A stretch of DNA of 63,986 bases, counting the filler, from Streblomastix strix (taxonomy: Eukaryota): the NCBI GenBank assembly GCA_008636045.1. It is 3 parts of 3 records of this genome, joined end to end, with 100 filler letters (N's around TTAATTAATTAA, not from the genome) between each part and the next. Parts side by side here need not be neighbours in the genome. Positions count along the whole stretch, not along the records: positions 1 to 21,389 come from SNRW01000373.1; 2 more parts are not named here. One strand, written 5' to 3'. Numbering within the stretch: the first letter of the stretch is position 1; each line of letters starts with the position of its first letter. The position numbers and the translations under genes were made by a program. Below are positions 1-11,949 of the stretch, in pieces. Under the pieces are notes generated by a model that did no database searches, was not told the origin of the DNA, and saw only the letters and a list, made by a program, of their open reading frames with translations.

Positions 1-134
1 ATGTGTTTGCTAATTTTTGTAAATATGCACTTGCTAAGAAGCTCATGTGATGTTGATTTGGTTATGATTTAAAACTGTGGGTAAGTTTTATTATTAATCA
101 AATCCATATACAGGTAAATAAATCTATTACAACA

Positions 135-341
135 ATGGGACTCTTCTTAGGATTGAAAAATTTTGGTTCCAAGATATTAAATGGTCTTAAGAAAACTGCA
201 GGTTGGGTTGCGCCAACATTAAGTAAAGTAATGAGTTCATTTGCTGGTCCTTTAAGTACATTATATCCTGGAATTGGAGGAATTATGGGTACAGTTGGTA
301 ACATTGCTGGAAAAGTATATTCATACTTAAATAAACGCTGA
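135..341 (+). CDS. Small Gly-rich amphipathic viral protein, adenovirus pVI/membrane-lytic-peptide-like
   Basis: Intact ATG..TGA ORF MGLFLGLKNFGSKILNGLKKTAGWVAP...; amphipathic periodicity; lies beside fibre and packaging ATPase genes. Confidence 0.65.
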   Translation: MGLFLGLKNFGSKILNGLKKTAGWVAPTLSKVMSSFAGPLSTLYPGIGGIMGTVGNIAGKVYSYLNKR

Positions 342-384
342 TTTGCTTTCGGTCATATTAATATTTTTATTTATAAATTTCTTT

Positions 385-685
385 ATAAATTCAATCATTC
401 TCAAATTAGACTTCATTAACGGAGGAATTGTATTAAATTGCGTAATCTCTTGGAAAAATATATAGCGCATCTGAATATGATGTGTTTAAAATATTTGAAG
501 CACTTATTGATGATAAGGAATTAGATGATGAACAAAAATAGTTCTATGAAGAAAGAAAGTAAGAATATAATGAAAGATTTGGAATTATTCTTGATAAAAC
601 ATAAGATATAATAAGTTATATTCATTATTTAGACATGCTTAGCTGTGTTAATTAAAAAGCAACCGAGTTGCTTGTCAACTAATGA
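385..685 (+). CDS. Hypothetical small acidic viral protein (start uncertain)
   Basis: With TAR=Gln reads ...EELYQIAQSLGKIYSASEYDVFKIFEALIDDKELDDEQKQFYEERKQEY...ELLVNQ*. Confidence 0.4.
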
Positions 686-689
686 AGTT

Positions 690-1107
690 GGTAGTATGCA
701 CAAAATAGTTGATTATCTACATCTGCAACAAATTAATTATATATTTATTTTTCATCATCTATTGCTTCAGATATAATATATTTCTTTATTTATTATGGTT
801 ATTGATTCAAATCCATATTCTTCTTGATTTGATTATATTCATTTGCATAGTACTTATTATTTTCACCATATATTTTATTCTTATAGTCTTCATCATCAAC
901 AAATTATTTAATTGACTATAATTTACTCTATTATACTGTGAATTACTTATTAATTCTTATTAATTCCTTAAGTAATATATGCTATGAATCTTACTAACTT
1001 ATCATCAGCAGATTTTATAATGTTTCTATCGTTGTTCTTATTAAATCTTCGTCTTCATAGTTTGTTTTTGCAAGTTCAGTGAAGAGCTGTTTTAATGGTT
1101 TTGACAA
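690..1107 (-). pseudogene. Degraded hypothetical viral ORF
   Basis: Coding-like segments (LSKPLKQLFTELAKTNYEDEDLIRTTIE; EAIDDEKQIYNQFVADVDN) in shifted frames. Confidence 0.3.
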
Positions 1108-1249
1108 TTAATATCAAAAAATAAATTAAATAATGATGTTGTTTTCAGAAAAGCGAAGCATAAATGCGACCGAACTGAGTTCTACAACCTGAAATGTCGC
1201 TGCGCCAGCTCGTCGCTACTCACGTAGTGGTTACGCAGCTTAAGTGGTG

Positions 1250-3228
1250 TAAATCGCAAGCGATTTTGTAATCTTCTAGAAGTATCACTGGAACCAGATG
1301 CTAATTATATTATAAAACCTAAAGAACTATTAATATAACTACTTAGTGGTGAAAATATTTACCATTATCCTGCTATAGCTCCGGTGTTAGCTGTTCTACT
1401 ACATCCCAAGAAAATCGAAGAACTACCAGTGTTTTCTACTGTTCTAGCAATTCTCAAACCATCATCATAATTACTTGCTGTAGGATTTATTTAAATATTT
1501 CCTAAAGTAGCACTACCATTGAAAGATAACGTTTATCCGTCATCTGATATACGCAATCTTTAATTTAAATATTATGGTTAATTATATAATCCAATTACAA
1601 TTCCGTTATCATTTGCGATAAAACTCCATTATTTTTCATTTGAATTATAATATTATTTTTATCATATCTGAAGCATATTCCACTAGCTGAATTATAAATT
1701 GAATCTGAAATTCTTATTCATTAATTATATGATACACCTGTAGCATCACCAATTGGATTAATTTATACAGAACCAGTTTGTGCATTTGGAAATAATTATT
1801 ATATGCTACTTTACCCTGTAGGTAATGCTGGTTGTGCATCAATAGTTAATATATCTGTAACATTACCCTAAAAATGCGCATTTATCTGTTTAATATATAA
1901 ATGTATTATAAGTGAAATCATCAATTAGACACCATAGTTCTCTATTTCTATCTAAACCAGTTCCAAAATATATTATCCGTGCATTATTCAAACCAGATGA
2001 TAACGATGGGATAAACTAATATTAATAATTATCTATTCCTATATCTTAAGTACAATGCTAATTAAATTATATTTTTCCAAATCCTGTTCTAGTATCTATT
2101 TTAAATTCAATACTATTATCAGTTGAAGAATTTAAAACATTAAACTTACATAATTTAATATATTAAGACTACTCTATAACTTGATATAATTTACTTGCTA
2201 AAACTGATTTTTTAGTTGTTCCATCAGCTAGTAATATGTCATTACTTGTTCCACCAGTCCTAATAAATTTAGTCGCTAAAATGTTTCCATCGTAAGTCAA
2301 TTACTATGGATGGACATGATCATGTCATGAATAATATGCTGAAGTACCATTATTTCCAACTTCATTAACTACAAGTACAATTGAAGCATTAGTTTAGACA
2401 TTAATAGGATGTGAATGATCATTTCTAACGTATGATTCAACAGTACCATATGATCCATCTGCTGAATCACTAACTGTAATAGTACTTACAGTCAGAATTG
2501 GATGGTAATGATCAGATCTAGCATAAGTACTAGCTGAGCCAATAGTACCAACAACAGTATCTTTACTTAGTAAAACATCAGAAACTTATAGAGGATGCTT
2601 ATGATCTCCTCATGAATACTCTTTTGAAGTTCCTTCAACTCCAGTTACACTATCAGCTAATGGAATAGTATCGCATGCAGGAGTTACTTAATCAGGAACT
2701 ATGTCTCCACTGTTATACAAATTCTAATCATATATCCATACTGTTCCACTTTCAGCAGAGAAAGCAAAATCACCACTTGCAGAATTTTCTAATTATTATA
2801 TATCTGCGTTCAATAAATAGTATCCTCAAAAATGTGTTTATCTATTAAGTTCATCATTAATTACATTAATTTATTATTATAAACCATCAATATCTTAAGA
2901 TGCAGTTCCAAATGTCTATTATATTACATTAACTTCTTATTCTAATGTAGCTATTTTTGCTAAGAAATCATTATTTAATAAATTTATATTCTTCAATGTC
3001 ATAACACCATTTGTTTCCAGTTTCATAGCATAATTTTAAGGATTATCTATTTGCGCAAATATTAATGAATTTTAGTCATAAACTGTTAATTAATATTCAC
3101 TTCTTGATAATTATCTACTGGAACTTGTTGATTTTTTATGATATTGTATCAAATATTGGAAATCAGATTATATAAATAAATGTATATCTTATTTCAGTTG
3201 TTAACTCAAGGTTTTTTGCTAGCGTCAT
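1250..3228 (-). pseudogene. Phage-tail-fibre-like virion fibre of a Polinton-like virus
   Basis: Coiled-coil N-terminus, repeated (Y/S)xRxDHxHP motifs (YARSDHYHP, YVRNDHSHP), FIRTGGTSNDILLADGT motif, beta-rich C-terminus; internal TGAs and a 5' frameshift. Confidence 0.7.
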
Positions 3229-3277
3229 TTAGAAGTTATGCAAAAATAAAACTGCAATGAATTTAAATATTATTGCT

Positions 3278-4330
3278 TCATTTATTCTTTAAGATCTCAT
3301 ATTTACTTTGCCATTTATTAAGAATTATGAACTCATATTTATTAAAAGTTCCGTATAATAACATAAACTCATCAAAGTCAAGATTCTAAATAAAATTTTC
3401 TTCATAAGCTTGTTTTAAATCACTTTCTGATAGATTAACCCCTAAATACATGACACGTGATAATATTCTTGCCGTTTCGATCAAGTAACTTGGACGTTAT
3501 GCAACAAAGAAAACAGTATTTTTGCTATATCTATTGTCGGAAACTAAATGAGTTATAGTTCTAGCTAATCCAGAAGAGAATCTTTAAATATCAGCATTAC
3601 TTCCAATATCATCAAATATTAATAATGAATTCAGTAAAAAACTATGAAATAATATAGGAATTTTTATTACTTTTAATTCTGCATCTGCTTATATATTCTA
3701 TGGTACGATTTTTAGCTTTTTTTTCGAATTATACACTATGAATCATTGCAGGAATTGTAAATCTCATTATTTTTGTAGGAACACTGTATTTTATAATTAT
3801 ATCGATACATTCTTATTAAAATAAATCTGCAATTCGTTTCAAATAGTCTGTTTGTGATTTTTTAAGCTTCTCTTTAATTGGATTTGTTATTAATATTCTT
3901 TTTTTCATTCTCTATATGAAATCTGATTTATAAGGGATGTTAACTTCTCTTAGTTTCCAGTACGTATAGATTTCTTTTACCATGCACTTGATTTCATCAA
4001 AATTTGGTAAGAAATGCATTGCTTCTTCATAAGTTATGTTAGTTAATACGATATTCTTCGAGTTTAGATTCAATGCCATAGTCTCATCTGCACCAAAGTT
4101 GGAGATATATAAAATAAATAGATTAATTCTTTATTTATAGATTATTATCAGTTTACTTAATAAAGTAGTTTTTCCTGAACCAACTACACCAACTATATAA
4201 TGATTCACACCGATTAAGAATAATGAATTTCTTGTCAATGGTTTGATTTCTATATCTTAAGTTACCCTTCATCCGTATAATAAATAAGAGAATTATACAT
4301 AATTGAGATATATTGCTTTTTATCTTTCAT
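3278..4330 (-). pseudogene. A32/FtsK-like DNA packaging ATPase
   Basis: Walker A YIVGVVGSGKTT (~4167-4200), Walker B SLLIFDDIG, downstream NRYSKNTVFFVAQ; frameshifts. Confidence 0.85.
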
Positions 4331-4640
4331 ATTAATAATATCAAATAGATTAAATAAGAAAATGATAAATATATAAGAATTGTTTGTATCAAAGAAAAAT
4401 GCAATGCCTAAGACTAATAATGTTTAACAAATTGAAAAATCAGTAATATCCTCCGATTTTTGTCTCTTCCTATTAGTTAGAGATGGCGAGCCAACAACTT
4501 ATCTTCGCATATTTGTTTTCTCCAATAATTCAAACTTTATTTCATCAATTATTATTATTTCTGCATCTGTCAGTTTAATAACATAGTAGCTCTGTATATT
4601 CTTTATTCTATCTTCTTTAATTTCCTCTGAATATCTTGAA

Positions 4641-4900
4641 ACAGACATTAGCAAAGTATTTATTGATATGCATTCAATTCATAAGTTTGCTATTACTTTG
4701 TGTTCAATAAGGAAAATGATCATTTAAATTAATTGATTTTATAAGCAAAAGAGTGATACTTTATTTTTACTCCAGGACTACTAGTTATATGTTGGGATTG
4801 AATTTGCATTCATTTCATGATACAGACATATGCATTGTATTTATTGAGGTGCATTCAATTCACAAATTTGCTATTATTTTGTCTCCAAAAAGGAAAATAA
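4641..4900. repeat. Imperfect direct repeat pair (~80 bp, 4641-4720 and 4822-4900)
   Basis: acagacat..gtatttattga..tgcattcaattca.aa.tttgctatta.tttgt...aaggaaaat present twice. Confidence 0.7.
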
Positions 4901-5762
4901 AAATAATATTATTAAACTTTTAATTTTCTAAATACTAAATCCAAAAAAATAAATAATTGAAAATATATATAATTGAAAAAGTAGTTTAAATATTAAAATA
5001 ATTCTATTTTGATAATTTTTATAAATTACACAAGATAATAAAAATCGTCAGAAGGTCCTTTCTATAGATTTCACAGAAAATATTATAGGATGATTTTTAC
5101 TTTTTCAGCTTTAAGGCATTAATTATATTTAGTTGATCTTCATTTAAAAAAATTAATATTCCTTTTAAATATAATCAATATCCTACAATTGTAGATTTTT
5201 ATAAAAATTAAAATATAAAATTATACAAATTATATGATTAAAACAAAAAGTTATATTTATACAGTTCAAATAAATAAAATAATTGTAATATTTTCTATTT
5301 AAATTTTTTTAAATTAATATACTAAAAAAATATATATATAAAATTTGTTATGATCAAAAACGGCCATATAGATAAATAAACATTATTAATTATTTCTAAT
5401 GTTGAAAACATAGATAAAAATTAATAAATTTAAAAATAGTTTGTATTAGAATTAAATTCATATATTTGCACAAAAATAAAAATTAATTTCAGAAAACAAA
5501 TATATATGAAATTAAATAGATAATAGATTAAATTAATTTATAATTATGAAATAATATTTTTAAATAAAAACTATAAGAAATAAAATTAATTAAAAACATT
5601 TTTAAATCTCTATATTTAATAATAATTTTTAAATAATAAAATTTGATTAAATTAGAATATTTAATATATAATATAAACATATTATAATATAATTATTAAT
5701 ATATAATAAATAATAAGAATAATTATTAACAATAAATTATAATTTATTATAGGAAAGTGCAA

Positions 5763-6305
5763 ATGAAAGCAGTTAAAAGAAAAAGAGAGTTTGAAGACAT
5801 TATACATTAACTCAAGAGATTCAGAATAACAGAAGAGGAATTTTTAACAAAGATGTTTTGGATTCAAGGAAGAAAAGGAACTGGAAAGTTCGAATTCAGT
5901 TTGGACGCCGCTTCAATATTAAAACGAGATTCAGAACTAAGACATGGATTTGTATAGAAGAATGGAGGAGTATCTGGTGATGAATTACCAGATATGATGA
6001 TTCTATCTGATATTGAGGAATAAGAACAACAGGTGCAGAATCTGATGATCAGAATAATTCGAGGACCTGTTAAAATAAATGATGAAAGAGGCAGATATGA
6101 GTTACACCCTAGGATCATAGTCGTAACATCACAATAAACACCAGATGAGTATCTGAAGAGTTATAATAAGTGCAGAATTAACTAGATCATTTTTGCCGAA
6201 CCATTAGAAGCGTACGGAACAAACTCAAACATCTCAAAAGATAGAAATATCTAAATTACTTCAAAATTGATCTTAGAATCAATTGAAAAAATGAATATCA
6301 TCTGA
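5763..6305 (+). CDS. SF3 helicase domain resembling the C-terminal half of CRESS-DNA virus Rep
   Basis: Uninterrupted 180-aa ORF (TAR=Gln): FWIQGRKGTGK (Walker A), MMILSDIE (Walker B-like), RGPVKINDERG, IIVVTSQ (motif C). Confidence 0.65.
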
Positions 6306-6662
6306 AATTATATTAAGGATATTGGACACTTGGACACACACACTAGCATACACACATATATATAGGTTTAAAATATGTACGTATTTGTAATAAATAAAAA
6401 ATTATAAAAAAAAGTCTGGTTTAAATTTTTTTTATGGTAGTAATATATGAAAAAAATTAAAATAATATTAAAATAAATATTTATATTAAATTTATGAATA
6501 TACATGATATGTAACATATGTTTTCAAGTTAATAAATAAAGTCATATGGGGCAACAGTTTAAAGAAGTTAAAATATTTGTCATGACAAGTTTAGATATAA
6601 TTCAAATTTTAATATTTAATTAAATGTATATAACATAAACGAATATTATTAACAGATTTTGA

Positions 6663-7315
6663 ATGACACAAAGAGGATTAGTCGCGAGGAAACAAAGATC
6701 CAGTAAACATTTGCCCTCTTCTTCATACGAAACTTGAACAGTCGACATTACAGTCACAGATGTAAGTAATTAGGGTTAATCATCTCCATAAAGAACTTAA
6801 TCGATCAAATTTTATTGGATCAATCAACATATTAACAGCAGAAAAGTTAATTTCTCCAATTCTTGAAAATCATGGATCAGATCTAAATTCCGGACAAATC
6901 AAAAATAATTCAACAGTGCAGCATCAAGAATCAGAATCATCTGCATCATCAGATGTGGTATTTTTAGGACGATCACCCGCACAGAAGAACACGCAGATAA
7001 TTACAAGATTTGGAACATTATATTCAGATTCAGAAATGAACGAGGAAGATATCAGCAGTACTGAAAGTGGCACAGATTCATCTTCATAGGGATTAGTGAT
7101 GAAAGCTATATTTCGAAAAAGACAAATTCATGATCAATAGATTAAAGATGAAGAGGAATGATTGAGAATTATATCATGAAATAATCATAAGCTGAAAAAT
7201 ATGAAATATTTGCATACTATGGGAGGGTAGCTGCCAAATTACACATATATATCCAGATAAAATTCAGGCAAATGTACAAAGAATGAAAGATAATAGGACA
7301 TGGTTTAACTCCTGA
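6663..7315 (+). pseudogene. Degraded Ser/acidic-rich hypothetical ORF
   Basis: MTQRGLVARKQRSS... then ESESSASSDVVFLGRSP...; internal TGAs and frameshift. Confidence 0.35.
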
Positions 7316-8588
7316 TGCTTCCTATCTTTTCTATTTTATTTAAATAGATTACTTTTTTATTACTAGTTTAATATGATCAATTATTTTCAATCCTTGACCA
7401 TGAGGTATATATAAGAATATAGTTGCAATAAAAAAACACTAAAAATTGAATTTAAACGTATCTAATGTATAGGACTGATCAACTGAGATAAAAAGCAGAA
7501 AAATGAGCATTTAGAAGTACCAGTTACCCTATAAACCAAAATAGGGCGCATATGTAGCTGGATCCAAAAGCTAAGAGATGTTTACTGGGTAGTCCGAGTC
7601 AACGTGCGCCTTTTTTATTTATTTTTTCTTTATTCTTCTTTATACTATTTTATTTCTTAATTTAAATTTACTAAATTAACATTAATTATAAAATCAGAAT
7701 AATTCTTATCTAATATAATAATTTAAAGTAGGTAAATATTGCCTAATTTTGCAATTTTTTCATTTCAGAATTTTTAAATTTAATTTATTAATTTAATGAA
7801 AAATAAATAAATTTTATTTTATTATTTTAATTTATTAAATAAAAAAAATAAAAAATTTATTTTATTTTTTTAATATTTATTTATAACAAATTTATAAATT
7901 TTAATATAAAAAACTGAACAGTACAAATATTATAATATTGACAAACATTCAAAATAAAAAATATTCTTAATTATTGGTTGACCTATTTCGCAGTCATATA
8001 TGTAAAATGTTCCAGATCTGTTATATTTCTCAATTATTTTCACCCATCTTCCTCCTGGATGAATATATTATGACAGTGAATTTTAATCTACAACAAGATT
8101 CTGTAGAATGTCTTTTATTTTTTAATCAACATTTACGTCTTAATTATATTTTTAGTTAAAACATTTAAAAGCTTTAATTTTTCGCTAAATATTTCTATAT
8201 ATTAGAGAAGAATTTGAATAAATCACAAAGAATAATTAAATTAATTATTAATAAGAAATAAAATAATACAAACTAACAGATAAGAGATCATATAAAAAGC
8301 GAAAAAAATTATTTAAACAACTATATCAACAAAATAAAAAAAAAATAAAAAAATAAAAAATTTTATCAGAACTTGGTTCATTATATTTTAAATATTAAAA
8401 AATAATTAATTTTAAAAATAAAATTTATTAAATTAATCCAAAATATATTATGTAAATAAAATAACTAGTTTTTATACAAATTTGAATTTAAATTATTTCA
8501 AAATAAGATTAAATTTATCTTTTAGTTCGAAATTAATATTTCTCTTTTCAATTTTAAACATTTTGAGATTAAATCGCGCACATTACTC

Positions 8589-9330
8589 ATGATCGAATCA
8601 CATAGATCCAGAATTAATAGAGAATTATAGCTTGATGCTGTATCAATGGAGAATGACGTTATTACATAAAAATCTCTCTCAAAATAAGTCTTTCAAAGTC
8701 TAGATTACTTATCTCTTTGTTATTTTTGAATAATAATTGATTGAAAATTTTTGAAATATCATTGAGTTATTCAGTTAAATAATACAAATTGTCTATTGTT
8801 TCAATACTATTTTTAAAAACTTAAATGTACTATTTTATTTTTAAATGATGATTAAAATTTTAAAATAACGACGAATAATCGGTTGATGAATTCAGGTATA
8901 AGTTAAAATAAAGTGTAGAATTTAACTGGGATGAAGAAGAGAGAAGAAGATTCTGATGATGAATCTGACCTATTCAGAGAAATTGATGAAGAAATCAGCA
9001 TAATAAAAGATGAAATATATTTTTCAAAAGTGGCTGAAATTTTAAAATTATTTAAAAAGACGATTAGCAACTAATTAAAAAATATAAAAGGAATTACAAA
9101 TAACAGTAAATTGCAAACAATTAATGAAATAGCAAATAAATATTCAAATGAAATTTAACTTGAAAAATAAAATGATATAACTGTTAAAGAAAATCTGGAA
9201 TATGAAAAATAATTAAAATTTTTAGCTGATTTTTTTTCCATTCATATTGAACGGTTCTCATAAAAGATAGATGAAATAGAAGAATTTGAAGAGTTCTAAA
9301 TGGATTTCTATCAGATAATAAATATAATGA
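8589..9330 (+). pseudogene. Degraded acidic coiled-coil hypothetical gene
   Basis: MIESHRSRINRELQLDAV... and DSDDESDLFREIDEEISIIKDEIYF segments; no family recognised. Confidence 0.3.
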
Positions 9331-9639
9331 AAGTTTTCATTTTGTTTCAATCTAAAAAATTATATCTTATTTCTATGAAAAGAATTTCATATGTATCAAT
9401 TTATTTTTTTGTATATAAAGAATGATTAAAATAAACCGATTAGAATAAATTTTCCTCTTTTATGAATGTAATCATACTTTCTATTTTTCTACAGATGAAC
9501 ATATATTTGTTAGTTAAATAAATCTAAAGCATTTTGAAAATTTTAATAATTACTAATAAATTTTATTTATTGAATATGATAAATAATTGAAGCATTAACT
9601 TATTTTAATAAAAATCATACATTAAATAAATTTTCTTAT

Positions 9640-10330
9640 TCTTACACAATCTTGTTGCAATTTCTAATTACTTTTTCAAATCTTCTAATAATTCAATCTC
9701 AGTTGCCTGAATTCTGTTTCTTAACATCCTTTTAGACTCACTGATTTCACGATCACAAACGGATTTCTGGTGTCGCTCAGCAAATAGAATGAATAAAACC
9801 TTCATATCAGATAAACTGGTGTAAAATAGCCGAATATTAAAGCTATGAACTCTTTGCTGCGAAAGTGAGGGCCACAATCACTGATAAATGTCCTAGTTAC
9901 CAGTTAATGACAATAGATTTATTGTTTCTTACTCAATCTTTCTGGTTTTATTTTTAAATAAAACTACTATTAGTAGAAAAACATTAACATGGTCGAAATG
10001 CATCTCTCCAGTTTGAACTCTTTGTATCGGAATATGAAAGTTTTCTCCGAAGTCCATTACCCCTACAACTTCTTCAATTTGCACGTTTGAAGTTGCTCGT
10101 ATATATGCATTATATTAGATTGTTTATCGTTAGTATTCCTTCAAAATTTCCATCTCTTTCATCTCATTTTCTTCCAACTTCCTAAATCTGTATTTTTTCT
10201 TTAAAAATTCTAAGCGAGCACATAGTTCGCATTCATCAACTCTATAGGACGGTTTCGTGACATTCCACGTTATTCAGTAGAAAAAGTCATGGCAGCATTA
10301 AATTCTTTAGTCAGTATCTTCCATTTCATA
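9640..10330 (-). mobile_element. DDE/D transposase relic (possibly Sola-like)
   Basis: CELC knuckle, VMDFGENF, FISDCGPHFRSKEF, FAERHQKSVCDRE motifs; frameshifted. Confidence 0.6.
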
Positions 10331-10389
10331 TAAATTTTTTTTGATGTAAAAAGATTATATCATTAACAATTGAAATAAAAAATATCGTT

Positions 10390-11293
10390 TACATTTAGAT
10401 GATCAGGAAATTTACATAATTGTAGCCTCAATTGGATTGCTTTTGTTATTTAAAATGTTAGTGTTAAATCAGATGTGGCACTGATATTGTAAGGCAGTCA
10501 AGGTATAGGCAAGAATAGATTCATAGATGTTTTATTTGAATTATTGGCTGGTTATTCAATTTAAAATATTACAGACATTAGCGAATTTACAGGACAATTT
10601 AATTCTGTCGTTGAAAAAATAATCCTTGGAATAGCTAATAAACATAAAAATTATGGAGAAGCTAGATATTCGAACATGGACGCGTTGAAATCGATTATAA
10701 CAGATAATCAAATAAGAATAAATGAAAAAAATTAGCCGCGTAGAACGTCGGAGAATGTAATGAATTTGATAATGGTAACCAACAATGATTTCCCTGTAAA
10801 GATTGAAGCTAATGATAGATGTTATGTTGTGTGCAAATGTAAGGCAGTTCATAGAGACGACGTTGAATATTTCACGTCTTTATCTAACGGTTTCACTACA
10901 GAATTTTACAATAATTTATTTGCATATTTTATGGCCAGAGATATAAGTAATTAGAATTAAATAATCATCCCATTCACAGAGGCGAAAATGGACATAATTA
11001 GAGCATCACGTTCATAGCTTGATGATGTAATCTTATAAAATTATTAAGCGTTTAAGGAATGCGTGCCTTGCACTATTGCATTACAATTTAAACCATATGA
11101 TGTTAAAGAGAAATCATTCCAACTATAAATCAAAAATAAATGTCAAAGAATCTATAAAACAATATCAGGAAAACATACTTGGATTTATAAGTTGAATGAA
11201 GATTTAAAAAAATTATATGATAGATTAAGAGAAGAAGACCTAGACATTAACGAAAATGTAAATGAAGACAACAACGAACAAATCAACATTTGA
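10390..11293 (+). pseudogene. D5-like SF3 helicase C-terminal part (viral primase-helicase), 5' truncated
   Basis: NWIAFVIQN, LILQGSQGIGKN (Walker A), LKSIITD..INEKNQP, NLIMVTNNDFPVKIEANDR; ends NEQINI*. Confidence 0.85.
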
Positions 11294-11602
11294 ACAGCCG
11301 CAGGCAGGATTCTAGCGACATCGGAAGACCGAAGTATTTATTTTTATTTATTTTTCTTAATTCCGGCAGAATGGCAGGATGGCAGCAGTTTTTGATGAAA
11401 ATTTTTGACTATGAACACTCGAAACACTCGGAACACTTAAAAGTCATTCATTAATGAATTCATTTTTTCATGCAAATTTCATAAATTTTATTGATGTTTT
11501 ATGACTCGGAACACTCGGAACACTATAAACGTTCAACAAATTATGTTCAAATCATCAATGTTTCCATCAACGGAATCCAATAACCAAACAATTAACGACG
11601 CA

Positions 11603-11939
11603 AGTAGTTATGAAAAAAAGGAGAGTGCCATACATTGCAAGAATATCATTCAATAATGCTTATCACTAATTTACTTCAAAATCCGTATTCAATCATTTTT
11701 AATTGTAATTGTACAACATTAATCTCATCCAAGTGTTTATTTTCTTTTACATTATTTATTATAATTATTTTATTTTCATTATTTGTTATCATTATTTTAT
11801 TTTCATTATTTGTTATCACTATTTTATTTTCATTATTTGTTATCACTATTTTATTTTCATTATTTATTATCTTTATTTTATTTTCATTATTTTATTTTAT
11901 TTTTCAATGTGAGACACTCTCTTTTTTAACATAACTACT
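11603..11939. repeat. Fold-back unit with AGTAGT...ACTACT ends (Polinton-type terminus) enclosing a 27-bp tandem repeat
   Basis: agtagttatgaaaaaaaggagagtgccatacattg is an imperfect reverse complement of caatgtgagacactctcttttttaacataactact; internal attattttattttcattatttgttatc x~4. Confidence 0.8.
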
Positions 11940-11949
11940 GGGGAGCAAG

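Noticed and set aside
11765..11890. Possible CRISPR-like array (also 23499-23633)
   Set aside because: Head-to-tail repeats without unique spacers; eukaryotic context, no cas genes
11635..11934. Hydrophobic ORFs with repeats
   Set aside because: Translation of the 27-bp AT-rich tandem repeat within the terminal unit
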